This document shows, piece after piece, positions 1 to 10,841 of a DNA stretch of 64,000 bases. The translations under genes were made by a program, and so were the position numbers. The number at the start of each line of letters is the position of its first letter. The stretch's first letter is position 1. The notes under the pieces are model-generated. The model saw only the letters and a program-made list of their open reading frames with translations, searched no databases and had not been told where the DNA came from. The stretch spans positions 145,566 through 209,565 of the forward strand of contig VRVR01000041.1 of NCBI GenBank assembly GCA_009859145.1. The letters run 5' to 3'. The DNA comes from Andalucia godoyi And28. Taxonomy: Eukaryota; Protista; Jakobida.

Positions 1-403
1 CGGTTCCCGCAAGACACTGCGTGCACGTGCTGCCCGATGTCGCACCCTGCACTGTTGAATACGTCCCCGCCCCGCACTGTGTGCACGTCGACACAGACAC
101 TGCTCCCGATGCTGCGCTGTACGTCCCGGCAGCGCACTGCGTGCATGTCGCCGATCCCGCCACCGACCACGTCCCCGCCCCGCACGTCACACACGACAGC
201 GACGACGACGCACCCAGCGCTGCACTGGCGGTTCCCGCAAGACACTGCGTGCACGTGCTGCCCGATGTCGCACCCTGCACTGTTGAATACGTCCCCGCCC
301 CGCACTGTGTGCACGTCGACACAGACACTGCTCCCGATGCTGCGCTGTACGTCCCGGCAGCGCACTGCGTGCATGTCGCCGATCCCGCCACCGACCACGT
401 CCC
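1..403. repeat. Exact 228-bp intragenic tandem repeat (76-aa unit)
   Basis: Bases 1-175 recur identically at 229-403. Confidence 0.9.
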
Positions 404-1489
404 TGCTGAACAGAGATTGCAATTCGCCGAGGATGTGATGCCAAGTGTGTTCGAATACCAACCTGCAAAACAGGGGATACATGGGTTAGTTCCTGCAATG
501 ATTGTTGTGTCAAACCAATAGCCAAGCGCACAAACAAACGCCAGAATGGACCGATTTGACTGTTGCCCAGCACAGTCCACTGCAGTAATGACAGCACTAT
601 AAGACCCTGGAGATGCACCGGTTACTGTAATTGTTAATGTATCGGACGGAAGGGTAACTCCAGAAACAGCCAAAGCGGCTCCACCCCAAGTCGGCGTGAG
701 AACAGCAGACCAAATAATGCTCGAAAAATTGCCAAAGGACTCTGTGGAGCCCTGGACTCCAATCACAACGGCATTTCCCGCAGGGCTCACGAGCAAGCTG
801 CTGATGGTGATAGAAGGGGCAGCTTTAATGGGTGCCATAAAATAAGCCCGGTATCGCGTTACCGAAGGAGATGAGATGGAACTGTCTCTTTCCAACGTGA
901 AGATCACACCACTCGGGAAGTCTGCAAGTGGGAATACGTATGTGTCGTACACATTTTCGTTATTCGTAGGAAAACTCCGCATATACGTATTGCTGACACC
1001 ACTAATGGATGTGGATTGGAGATTCAGAGTGTAAGACAAGCTCTGAGACGAGTGTTGCAGGCCATCAAGAGTAAAGCCGTCTGTGCAAGACACCGGCCAC
1101 GCCCAGGATGTTTTAAAGCCATAATCACCGATGTATGAACATTCATTGGTGTCATCGCAGTTCAAAACGTACCGAACAGCGGGATTGTAGCTTGCAGAAA
1201 ACGTAACAGTTTCATAGTCAAAACCAGTCAGCGAGCTTGTCGATTTGCTGATGATTCTGGCCATATTGAGCTCATCTGTAATAGTGTTGTATGTCATCAG
1301 GTAGACAATGCCCTCTATCTCCGCCAACGGACTCGTAGACGCGCAAGAGCTGAAGCCATAGTACAGCCACGCTGTTTGTGCCATACTTGCAGGATACAAT
1401 CGGGTCAGGCCAGAAGCGCATTTCAACTCAGCTCTGACAAACGAACCAATCAGCACCAGCCAAATCAGAATAAATGACAAATGGAGCAT
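1..1489 (-). CDS. Secreted/surface cysteine-rich repeat protein (GCC2/GCC3 or ephrin-receptor-like CxxCxAGTYS repeats); 3' end runs off the window start
   Basis: Manual translation from ATG at 1489 gives a signal peptide (MLHLSFILIWLVLIGSFVRA), then an open frame to base 1 ending in repeats such as CTQCAAGTYSAASGAVSVSTCTQCGAGTYST. It is absent from the ORF track because there is no stop in the window. Confidence 0.85.
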   Translation of the reverse strand, partial: MLHLSFILIWLVLIGSFVRAELKCASGLTRLYPASMAQTAWLYYGFSSCASTSPLAEIEGIVYLMTYNTITDELNMARIISKSTSSLTGFDYETVTFSASYNPAVRYVLNCDDTNECSYIGDYGFKTSWAWPVSCTDGFTLDGLQHSSQSLSYTLNLQSTSISGVSNTYMRSFPTNNENVYDTYVFPLADFPSGVIFTLERDSSISSPSVTRYRAYFMAPIKAAPSITISSLLVSPAGNAVVIGVQGSTESFGNFSSIIWSAVLTPTWGGAALAVSGVTLPSDTLTITVTGASPGSYSAVITAVDCAGQQSNRSILAFVCALGYWFDTTIIAGTNPCIPCFAGWYSNTLGITSSANCNLCSAGTWSVAGSATCTQCAAGTYSAASGAVSVSTCTQCGAGTYSTVQGATSGSTCTQCLAGTASAALGASSSLSCVTCGAGTWSVAGSATCTQCAAGTYSAASGAVSVSTCTQCGAGTYSTVQGATSGSTCTQCLAGT

Positions 1490-2551
1490 GTTCCACCTTT
1501 GTCGTCTTTAAGAAGACAACCTCTCGCTGAGAATCGCAGTCCTTTATACATCAAATATAAAAAGCCGGTTCAGAAAAATGAGGTGAAGCCCTTCGAAGTG
1601 CCCCAGTGCCGAGTGCCACTTGCGTAAAGAAACCTGCCTCAGCAGATTGATTGGAAAACCGCGGAATCCATCCAATTTAAACTCCGGGCGAAATCCGTAA
1701 CCCAACACAACGGAGAGTAATCCTGTCGAAGCAGTTCACTTGCAACTGTCGTGACTCGCTGTCTGAGCATTCTGCCGGTTTGGTTACACGAAAGTTGTAC
1801 ATAAGCTGCGGATATGCCTGCGCCAAAAGGGCCAAGCAACTGCAGGGTGGGAACACGAATTGAAATCTTCACCCAATCAGCGTTGGAAAAGGCGCCAGCG
1901 AACGACACGAAGGCTTCAATGTCCAAAAAAAGGGGGGAACAGGAGCGATTGCCAACTGACATAAATAGTTTCCATCTTTCAAGAGGGCTGCGACGACGTC
2001 CAAAAAGAAACCGTTATCTTTTTGTTTTGCTTGCGGTGTTCTTGCTTCTGTTGGGATGTGCCCACGGCCCACTATCTGCATGCTTTGAAACAGCTGGATA
2101 CTGTGTTGCTTCTTTCCTGACACTTCTTAAGCTGTTTCGCGGCCCTCCATCAGAACTTGCTGAGAACATGATTTTCCCTCTGCTCGCACGCAATGATCAT
2201 CTTGACGGATTCCGACGTGGAGCCTTTTTAATTGGCTGTTTGGCACATGCAAACAGCTCTTTCACAAGGCGTCCCTTTCCTTCCCTTGTCAAACGGATTT
2301 TGTCGTTTTCCACAGCTGCTTTGAAAATCTGTTTCCCTTCACTGTTCTTGTCCTTCTTGTCCTGATACTTGCTGTTGCTGTTGACATTCTTATTATTATT
2401 TTTCCCTTCTCTCTCTCTCTCTCTCTCTCTCTCCCCTTTTCACTGAAGAGCAATTCCTGGACTTGTCATTTTTATACAACTGCGTGCTTACGTTTGCTTC
2501 ATTTATCTTTGTAGACAGGGACTTTGGTATTTTCACGGATTCAACATCGAG

Positions 2552-5500
2552 ATGTCTGCCGAGTCAAGCTCAATCCCACAGTTGCAGCCGTATCACTCTT
2601 TCGGAGTCACCGGCGAAGATTTTGCAAACAATTTCATATATTCCAGGGAGGATACCATCATGTACAGCACCGGCCGCCACCTCTGTTTCCAGAATGTTGA
2701 AACTCGTCTGCAGAAACTCATTTTGCCCAGCGATTCGTGTAAGAGGATAGTCTCATTTTCAGTCTCATATGGCAATCGATACATCGCGATTTGTGAACAG
2801 GTTGATCATATTGATAAGCGTGTCGACGTTGGAATTTACAAACTCGCAAACATGAAGAAGTTGAGGACGCTTGTGTATTCGGATTGCTTTAGTCCGACTG
2901 TGTGCGCGTTCTCCAAGAATGGCAAATATCTCGTGACTTGCGGATCGGACGACGATGGTACGGTGCTCATGTGGGACTGGGATAAAGTCAAGGTTCTCGG
3001 CATGGCGAAGCTGGGAGAAACACCGATTCGACGAGTCGTTGTCAATCCATTTCTTCCGGAGGCTGTGCTGGTTTCAGGTTCGCGCACGATGAAGGTCCTG
3101 AGGCTCACTGAAACAAGTGCGACGACTGTTGGCTCGAATGCCGCCCACTCTTCTGGTCCAAGTCCTGACAACAAGGTGTCGAATTCAAGTGCTGGGGCGC
3201 TGAGCCTGGGAGCTACATCTGCAATCGCACCATTGAACTATCCGCTGATGGCGTCTTTTGTACCGTCATTTCTTGGTGTCATCAACGATCACGTTTGGAT
3301 TTCGTCCACACAGTACATTGTTGCCTCTACAGATTCTACCTTGCGCGTATTTGATGGACGGTCCGAGATCAGAAAGATTGAGAATCTGTTTCCTGAAGGC
3401 CATTCTGTTCGGTGTTTGAAATCGCTTTCTTCCGGTGGCCTCATTGTGTGCGGCGACCGAGGTTTCTTTTCCATTCTCCAACCTGCCACAAAAGATGCGA
3501 AGACTCGCGATGCAGCAAAGGAGTCTGCTGTCGAAACCTTTACTATGTCGCGTTCCAAGCAGCAAAAGTCTCAATCGAAAGATGACGATGTGCGGTCTCA
3601 GAAGTCTTCTGCGTCTGCGTCCACCACGGCCAATCCAAATATCCGCGCGGATGGGTCTGCGGGATTTCTTACCGAGTCAAGGAGATTGCGAACTACCAAC
3701 CGAGAAACAATCCTTGGAACTGCGCTCTCCCAATCCGAAGACTATGTCTGTTTCTGGGAAGAGTCACAGTCGCTGGCCCAGTTCAATTTGTCAGAAATTG
3801 ATCTTGTCAGAGAAGAGGAGGGAGCGAAGACGACGGTTGTTGCACAGTCCCATCGTGGGCGGGTCAATTCCATTGATATTGCAGTTCATCGTCCTGTTAT
3901 GGTGAGTACTTCCTTTGATTGCTCATGTCGTATCTGGGACTCTGCAACGAAGCAACAGATGTTTTTGCGAGTGTTCCCAGAGGAACCATTATGTGCTGCC
4001 ATTCATCCATCCGGAAACATGATAGCTGTCGCGTTTCGAAGGAAGTTGGTGTTTTTCGCGTTGACCATGAATGATTTGCTGCAAATTCATGAGATGGAGT
4101 GCAAGGGCTGCAAGGTCATGCGATTTTCTCACGGAGGCCATTATCTGGCTTGCATCTCTGGCACAACGTTCTGGGTGGTGTCTACAATTTCTTTTATGAT
4201 CCAACATGTCATGCGAGGGCATATTGGACCGATCCGGTCTGTTGTTTGGTCCAATGACGACGAACGTGCCGCGACAGCCGGATATGATGGCGCGGTCTAT
4301 GAATGGGACGTATTGACGGGCCGCAAAGTGCAAGAATTTGTAGACAAGGCATTCCAGTTCACAGGAGTGCTTTTTGTCGGATCTCGCTCGGAACAGTCTG
4401 GCACAGTGCAGCCGTCCCGGGAAGTAGCCGTTGTCGATACTGCGGACTCGACGCAGCTGGAGATTCGAAGTTCAGAGGGCTCCAGCCGCGAAGGAGGTAA
4501 CGTAACAAGCGCGCGTAGCGTGTCCTCTTCCCACCTCGCGCCGTCCACGTTGGTGGTGTGTGGTATTGCTCGGGATTACTCTTCGGTCCGCAGGATCGAA
4601 AATGGTCAGGTGGCGGAAGACGTCAAATTCTTTGACATTCAGATTACACGGGGTTGCGCGTTCATGAACGGCAATGCAATCATCTTCGGTACTCATAATG
4701 GACTGCTGATTGTGGTGCCAGTAGATCCCCGATCTGGACAGTTCTTGTACGAGAGTAAGTATTCCTTTTCAGAGGATCCGGATATGGATGCTGGGGAGAT
4801 TGCTCTTCCTCCTTCATCAGCCGCATCTGGTGGAAAACTTGTTGCATCTGGGTTTGCCGAGTCCAAAATTGTGCACCGCGTGTGCTTAATGCACGCCGAT
4901 AGCATTCGGGTTGTCATGATATCATACGGCGATCAGTATGTCTTCACAGGAGGAGAAGAAGGTGCCTTGGCGATCAATACCATTTATCAACCAGCATCCG
5001 TGTTGCATAACAATGCGTTCATGTCATCCTCACAGTCAGCATCGGATAGCGGAGAAGCGGCGAAAGTTGACAAGGAAAGTGCTGCCTTTATGCAGGGCGC
5101 GATTGTTTCCCCTCTTGATGCAAAGATTGTGCAACGATTCGAGCAACTTGCTGTCGTGCTGAGAGCCGAATATCAGGAATCACAGACTCGTATTGCGGAT
5201 CTTGAAGAGCAAGTCATCAAGACCAAGCAAGAACTGACAATTCGGCTTCGTGAGCGCGAGAAAGAACTCATGGACGATGCTCGCGAGTCTCGACAGCAGT
5301 ATGATAAGGATCTTGAGCGCAAGATGGCAGAAATGGATGCGCTTCGAATTGCTCGTATTGACTCCGAGACCATGTTCCGCCGTCAGATGGAGCAAAACCA
5401 GTCCGAGCATTTGCGCATTCGGACCGAGATAGAGAACTCGTATGAATTGAAACTCGTTGCTGCGAATACGGTCATTGCCCAGCTTGAAGAAGCCAAAGAT

Positions 5501-7270
5501 GAAGAGAAGGTTCGATTCGAGGATACTGTGACGTCAATGCAAACAGAACACATGGGGGTTGTTGAGGAGTTGAAATCCAACTATGAGGCGAAACTCATGG
5601 AAGCACAAGAACGATATGAAGCTTTGCAGGATGATTTGAATTTCCTCAAGAAGCAACATGCCGAGGAAGTTAGAGCCTTGTTTGACGAACAAGAGGTCGC
5701 AGTATCGCAACTGCATCACGACGCTCGCCGAGATTTGGATAAGCAGAAGGAGGCTGCATCATCCTTGAAATCGGAAGCAGTGTACATGCGAAACAAATTT
5801 GCTCAAAATCGTCAGGAGGTGGAGAACTTACGCGCCGTCGTTCGTCAGCGAGACTCTACTGTCAGTTCCGCAGAACGAGAAATTGGTGAGCTCCAGACAA
5901 CTGTCAGTTCGTTAAGACGAGAAGTTCATCAGCGAGATGAGAGCCTTGTTGACAAAGAGCGATTGATCAATGATCTGAAAAAGCGCAACCAGGAATTGGA
6001 AAAGTTCCGACTTGTCTTTGGCTACAAGTTGCATGGTCTGAAACGCGAAATGGAACCCAAAGATTCACAAATCGATGCGCTTTCAAACCAAGTTCACGAA
6101 ATGGAAACGGAATTTGAAAAAGAGGCTCAAGATCGTGCCGCAATGGAGCAATCTATGCGAGACAAGCAAGCTCAAATGGAGTCGCTGAATCGCGAGTTGC
6201 GCCTTGCCGAAAAACGCGAAAAAGATCGTGACAAGTACATCCGGCAGTTCCGAACGGAGCTGGGTCGTACGGTTTCCAATCAGGACAGCGGAGACTGGAA
6301 AGAATCGGTCCGACAGTTGTATCGCAAGTACGTCCTTTCCGATGCTCCGTATGATAACCACGGCTCTGGCGCCCATCAGCAGCAGTTGTCTGCGACACAA
6401 TCGGAGGATGCTGATCGCTTGAACGAATGGGATCGTCAGCGTCGATTCCTTGAACAGCACAAGTCTGCCATTGCCCGACAAGGATCGCAAAAGGAAAAAC
6501 TTGGCTCGGAAAATGCGAAACGAAAGCTTCGTGAGAACCACGAACTCATGGAAGAAGTGAATTCACTTCGAAGACAAAACCACGAACTATTTGCTCAGCT
6601 GAAACAAGTGCAGTCCGAGGCGCGCATGCAGGCGTTGTCTTCGCAGGCAGGTGGAGCGGCATCTGCTATGAGTGGTGGTTTCGGAGGATCTCGTGTCAAC
6701 TCGGCGGCTGGCCGACCACTCTCCCAGGCACAGACAGAGTTTTCTGCTGGTAGCAGGCCTGGGTCAGCGACGAAAGTTCGTGGTAAGATTGCGAAAGGAT
6801 CCACGATCGGCGCGGATCCTGGGCACTCTTCCCCGTCAAAGATGCGTCGTGCAGGACCTACAACTGCATCAATCACTGCCCTTCTAGAGCAGATTGAAAA
6901 TAATAACAAGCTCATTGACATGCAGCGTTACGAAATCAAGCGTCTTCGTGAGCAAGTGCAGTATCTCTTAGAGAAGACGAAACAATTTGTGAATGTCAGC
7001 TCGTTTGACGACGATCTCAACGATACCGCTATGTCAGCAGGTGCTTCAGGCGCCCGTGCATTGTCTCCTTCACCGGCAGACGGTTTCACTCCTTCACAAG
7101 GCAATGGAGCCCGACCATCTTCACAGCCTTCTGCCGCGGTTGCTGATCTTGTGCAAGTGCCTCAGGTTCCAACGACGGCTCCTGCAGGTGCTTCCAAACC
7201 GAAAGAGATGACGTTTCCCCAACTTGGAAATAGAGCGGCGGCTGTTGCGAATCTAGAGTTCCGACCTTGA
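2552..7270 (+). CDS. CFAP57: Cilia- and flagella-associated protein 57 (WD40 repeats plus long coiled coil)
   Basis: 1572-aa intronless ORF with N-terminal WD40 repeats (e.g. MRGHIGPIRSVVWSNDDERAATAGYDGAVYEW) and a C-terminal coiled coil with WDR65-type motifs (NQELEKFRLVFGYKLHGLKREMEPKD; KLRENHELMEEVNSLR). Confidence 0.85.
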   Translation: MSAESSSIPQLQPYHSFGVTGEDFANNFIYSREDTIMYSTGRHLCFQNVETRLQKLILPSDSCKRIVSFSVSYGNRYIAICEQVDHIDKRVDVGIYKLANMKKLRTLVYSDCFSPTVCAFSKNGKYLVTCGSDDDGTVLMWDWDKVKVLGMAKLGETPIRRVVVNPFLPEAVLVSGSRTMKVLRLTETSATTVGSNAAHSSGPSPDNKVSNSSAGALSLGATSAIAPLNYPLMASFVPSFLGVINDHVWISSTQYIVASTDSTLRVFDGRSEIRKIENLFPEGHSVRCLKSLSSGGLIVCGDRGFFSILQPATKDAKTRDAAKESAVETFTMSRSKQQKSQSKDDDVRSQKSSASASTTANPNIRADGSAGFLTESRRLRTTNRETILGTALSQSEDYVCFWEESQSLAQFNLSEIDLVREEEGAKTTVVAQSHRGRVNSIDIAVHRPVMVSTSFDCSCRIWDSATKQQMFLRVFPEEPLCAAIHPSGNMIAVAFRRKLVFFALTMNDLLQIHEMECKGCKVMRFSHGGHYLACISGTTFWVVSTISFMIQHVMRGHIGPIRSVVWSNDDERAATAGYDGAVYEWDVLTGRKVQEFVDKAFQFTGVLFVGSRSEQSGTVQPSREVAVVDTADSTQLEIRSSEGSSREGGNVTSARSVSSSHLAPSTLVVCGIARDYSSVRRIENGQVAEDVKFFDIQITRGCAFMNGNAIIFGTHNGLLIVVPVDPRSGQFLYESKYSFSEDPDMDAGEIALPPSSAASGGKLVASGFAESKIVHRVCLMHADSIRVVMISYGDQYVFTGGEEGALAINTIYQPASVLHNNAFMSSSQSASDSGEAAKVDKESAAFMQGAIVSPLDAKIVQRFEQLAVVLRAEYQESQTRIADLEEQVIKTKQELTIRLREREKELMDDARESRQQYDKDLERKMAEMDALRIARIDSETMFRRQMEQNQSEHLRIRTEIENSYELKLVAANTVIAQLEEAKDEEKVRFEDTVTSMQTEHMGVVEELKSNYEAKLMEAQERYEALQDDLNFLKKQHAEEVRALFDEQEVAVSQLHHDARRDLDKQKEAASSLKSEAVYMRNKFAQNRQEVENLRAVVRQRDSTVSSAEREIGELQTTVSSLRREVHQRDESLVDKERLINDLKKRNQELEKFRLVFGYKLHGLKREMEPKDSQIDALSNQVHEMETEFEKEAQDRAAMEQSMRDKQAQMESLNRELRLAEKREKDRDKYIRQFRTELGRTVSNQDSGDWKESVRQLYRKYVLSDAPYDNHGSGAHQQQLSATQSEDADRLNEWDRQRRFLEQHKSAIARQGSQKEKLGSENAKRKLRENHELMEEVNSLRRQNHELFAQLKQVQSEARMQALSSQAGGAASAMSGGFGGSRVNSAAGRPLSQAQTEFSAGSRPGSATKVRGKIAKGSTIGADPGHSSPSKMRRAGPTTASITALLEQIENNNKLIDMQRYEIKRLREQVQYLLEKTKQFVNVSSFDDDLNDTAMSAGASGARALSPSPADGFTPSQGNGARPSSQPSAAVADLVQVPQVPTTAPAGASKPKEMTFPQLGNRAAAVANLEFRP

Positions 7271-7440
7271 TATCAGTGTAAATTTTTATACCCAGAATGA
7301 ATTTCCATCTTCCCGCCCTCTCCCCTTCCGTATTTTTATGTATAAAAACAGCACCTTTTCAAATTCATTGCGTTTATACATCGCTTTGGAATTCAAGGGA
7401 CGGTATGCAAATCGCGCATGGGCTGTTTGTGTGTGTGTGT

Positions 7441-7444
<4 letters not shown>

Positions 7445-7528
<84 letters not shown>
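7445..7528. repeat. (GA)n microsatellite, about 42 units, preceded by (GT)n
   Basis: Seen directly. Confidence 0.95.
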
Positions 7529-7529
<1 letters not shown>

Positions 7530-7625
7530 GCTTTGCACAAACAATTTCATTTTTTTAATGAAGATTATTATTTGAAAGCCCTCCTGGAAACGTACCAACG
7601 AACGCCAACCAAGTCTGCGTTTGCA

Positions 7626-9173
7626 TTACGGCGATTGCAGGTTGAGGGAATCGGAACCTGGAGGTTTCTGAGTTGCAATCGTAGCTTCACGAATTTGCTT
7701 TTGGAGAAGGACCATCTGCGCTTGCAGTTCTTCGAGCTGCCTTCTTCTGTCAGGAGGAATCTCAAATGCATGGCTCTTGAGTTTTCGTGGATCCTCCGGG
7801 TCTTCATGCCCTTCGTGATCTGACGTGTCGTGGCTCACTCCGTGTGCATTTTGCTCCAATTCGAAGAGCGACTTCTGTGGTAAAGACAAAGCAATTGTGT
7901 GAATCCATCCACATGCGACACCAGCGAAACGCACGCCGTGCAAACACGTCACTTTCACGGGTTTTGCAGAAAACGCTCTTTCTTCAGGAAGATCTCTTGC
8001 AAGTGCCCCGTGCTCGGACAGTCCCCAAGTGTACAAATCTCCGGTCTTCGTGACTGCAGCACCTCCGAAGGCACCCAGAGAGACCATTCGGACTGATTTG
8101 GAAGCCAGTGTTCGACAAAGAGTGGGAAGTCTCACAATTTCTCCTCCGTCATTTGCAAGGCCCAGTTTTCCAAATGCATTATGGCCCCACGTGTACATCT
8201 TGCCCTCGGTCGTGATGGCGGCTGTCGAAAATCCTCCAGCTGCGCAGAAAGCAACGGGTCGTCCTGCCACTCCACGCACAATCTTTGGATACGGAAGATC
8301 TCTGCATTCGTTGTGACCAGTCTGTCCGTTCTCCCCTGCACCCCATGTGTACATGTCCCCTTCCGACGAAAGAGCACACGAGTGATAAGCTCCAGCACAC
8401 AGATACGTGATATCTCGATCATGCAGCACGTCAATGAGCGTGGGGGTTGCTACAATTCCAGAAGCGCTTGCCGGGGGATCGACACCGAGTCCCAGATAGC
8501 CGTGGGTGTTGTCTCCCCACACATACACTTCCCCATCCGACGCAGCAGCAATGGTATGATTCAGCCCGCATGCTACGCTTCGAACCCGCAACCCTCTCTC
8601 TGAAAACCAGGTGACTTTGTGTGGGGTGAATACGGTTCCATTGCAAGGATCGGTGGGAAGGGCAAGCTGGCCATGTTTGTTCGATCCCCACACGTACAAG
8701 TCACCATCGGTGCTGATTGCAGCGCAGTGAAAGTCGTTTGCAGCGATAAACGCTATTGTCGGAGTTGCTGGAGCCGAGGCTGGATTCTCTCTGGCATCCT
8801 GATCTCTCTTCTTGAAGAGCTGCTTCGATCTTCCCGCCTCTGGAGCATGGACGCCGTATTTTGCAACTTTTTGCGGGATCGAGTAGCTCCGTGTGATGTT
8901 TGGCACCTGGATACCCAGCGTGCCAAACCATGCAGAACCCCAGGTATAAACAACTCCGTCCACAGTTAGCGCGATTGAGTACCGCATACAAGCATGCACC
9001 TGTTTGAATCTCATCCCGTCCGTACTCTTCAAGAACTCCAGCTTTGATATTCCGCTTGGCCACAAGACAGTCGTTGGTCCAGGCGCATACTTTGACCCAA
9101 TTCCCATGACCCCGAACTCATCAGACCCACAGGAATACAGCTCCGATGCATCTGCGCACGTAGCCACGAGCAT
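7626..9173 (-). CDS. RCC1-repeat protein
   Basis: About seven RCC1 repeats (VACGLNHTIA, LYVWGSNKHGQL, YTWGAGENGQTGH, VACGWIHTIAL). An in-frame TAA lies just upstream of ATG 9173. Confidence 0.9.
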   Translation of the reverse strand: MLVATCADASELYSCGSDEFGVMGIGSKYAPGPTTVLWPSGISKLEFLKSTDGMRFKQVHACMRYSIALTVDGVVYTWGSAWFGTLGIQVPNITRSYSIPQKVAKYGVHAPEAGRSKQLFKKRDQDARENPASAPATPTIAFIAANDFHCAAISTDGDLYVWGSNKHGQLALPTDPCNGTVFTPHKVTWFSERGLRVRSVACGLNHTIAAASDGEVYVWGDNTHGYLGLGVDPPASASGIVATPTLIDVLHDRDITYLCAGAYHSCALSSEGDMYTWGAGENGQTGHNECRDLPYPKIVRGVAGRPVAFCAAGGFSTAAITTEGKMYTWGHNAFGKLGLANDGGEIVRLPTLCRTLASKSVRMVSLGAFGGAAVTKTGDLYTWGLSEHGALARDLPEERAFSAKPVKVTCLHGVRFAGVACGWIHTIALSLPQKSLFELEQNAHGVSHDTSDHEGHEDPEDPRKLKSHAFEIPPDRRRQLEELQAQMVLLQKQIREATIATQKPPGSDSLNLQSP

Positions 9174-9260
9174 CACACGCAGAGATTAATAACAACACTT
9201 TCATATTTTTAATTTCATCATGAATGCAAAAAGCAAAAGCTACTACTACTACTACTACTA

Positions 9261-9322
9261 ATCATAATCATAATCATAATCATAATCATAATCATAATCA
9301 TAATCATAATCATAATCATAAT
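9261..9322. repeat. (ATCATA)n hexanucleotide microsatellite
   Basis: Seen directly. Confidence 0.9.
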
Positions 9323-9774
9323 AATCATAATAATAGCAATAATAACAATAGTACTAAACCGCAGAAGCACATACATTCTGGACCATATCCTTGTGTATAT
9401 CTAGTCTTCTCTGGTGGTGGATGCACTGACTGAAGTGTTGATTTAGGCCTCTTTTCACTCCCTTCTTTCCCTCTCTTTTTATTACTCGCAAACGACATTG
9501 CTCATACCCACTCCTTTTGCATATCGTCCAAACTGCACAAAACACCAAACAATACGATTTAACAGCCTTTTTTTGTATTATGTGTAATCCACGCGTTGTA
9601 CGTTAACGAATGAACCGTTTTTTCCCCCTTCCAACTTTTGAAAGGCCGGCGAAAAAAACGTGCGTAGTTGCAGTTATTGCATCAACCACTGCAGGCAATT
9701 GGGCAAATTTCCCTTTTCTTTACTTTACTTTTCTTTTCTTTTCCTTTGTAAGACTTTTAGCGTTTCCTTTAATA

Positions 9775-9833
9775 ATGAGCAGCAATAGTAATATTTATAA
9801 CAATAGTAGTAGTAATAGTAGTAGTAGTAGTAA

Positions 9834-9864
<31 letters not shown>

Positions 9865-10518
9865 GGTGCGGCGTCTCTTGAGAATGACTATCGGACTGCT
9901 CGTCGTCTTGTCGCGGACATCCACGACCATTTGAATGTGCTAGAGACGAGCAAATCACCTCGTTCGGCGACGCTGCCACAACTGACCTCCGGTTTAAACT
10001 TGCTTGTTCGGACGGTACAGCAGCTGCGTGACTCGACGTCTGTGCAGCCGATTGGATCTCCTGATCTGTGGAAACGCAAAGTGGATGCGCTGTCTTCCGA
10101 ATGCGAGAGCCTGAAGGAATCTGTGAAGAAGCATATGGTGCATGAAAAGCAAAAGGCGGATCGAGACGCGCTTTTCCATAGAAGAGCCACTGCGAGCGGG
10201 AGTGCTGCGAATGGGCGTAGTGCACATTTTGCGGCGATGGAGTCGTTGGACAGGGAAAAGGGCTCGTTGATGTCCGCATCGTCTGTGATGGACTCCATGC
10301 TTGCGGCTGGCTCGTCGGTGCTCACCGGCCTGACTTCCCAGAAGGAAATGCTGATGGGTGCATCGAGAAAGGCGCAGAGTGTCGCCATTTCATTAGGCCT
10401 CGGAAACCAGGTGATGAAGATGATTTATAAGAGACAGCTCGGAGATCGAATGCTCGTCTACGGAGGAATGATCGCCATCTCTATTCTCCTTTTGTTGATT
10501 TACATCTATGTCTTGTAA
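9775..10518 (+). CDS. GOSR2: Qb-SNARE, Bos1/membrin/GOSR2 family
   Basis: Habc-like N-terminus, SNARE motif (LTSQKEMLMGASRKAQSVAISLGLGNQVMKMIYKR) and C-terminal TM helix. The start is moved to MSSNSN at 9775 because the upstream part of the ORF is T-rich UTR-like sequence. Confidence 0.8.
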
Positions 10519-10841
10519 CTCCTTCCCATTATCATTATTATCATCATTATCATTATCATTATCATCATCATCATCATCACACACACGGTAAAAGCAAACC
10601 AAACACCAAAAAACAAAAACACGCATACCCGACAGCGTTTTTCACTGTAGTCGCGAATCTGGAATGAAGGCTCCCCAGGCCCGCCCGCACAGTCATAAGG
10701 ACAAGAAGACTGAGAGAAAAAGTATAATCAAGAATAATCTTCTCTTACACAGTCACTACAGGATTGTTGCATTACTTGTGAGAAGGACAGGAGAGAGACT
10801 GGAAACGTGTCCTGGAACCAGAACAGAGTGAAGGACAGAGA

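Noticed and set aside
21-521. Plus-strand ORFs with HVP/HCV repeats
   Set aside because: They are antisense shadows of the minus-strand Cys-rich gene, which has a signal peptide and a recognisable repeat.
1814-2365. 183-aa plus-strand ORF as a real gene
   Set aside because: No recognisable domain and atypical composition; the region looks like mixed decayed fragments.
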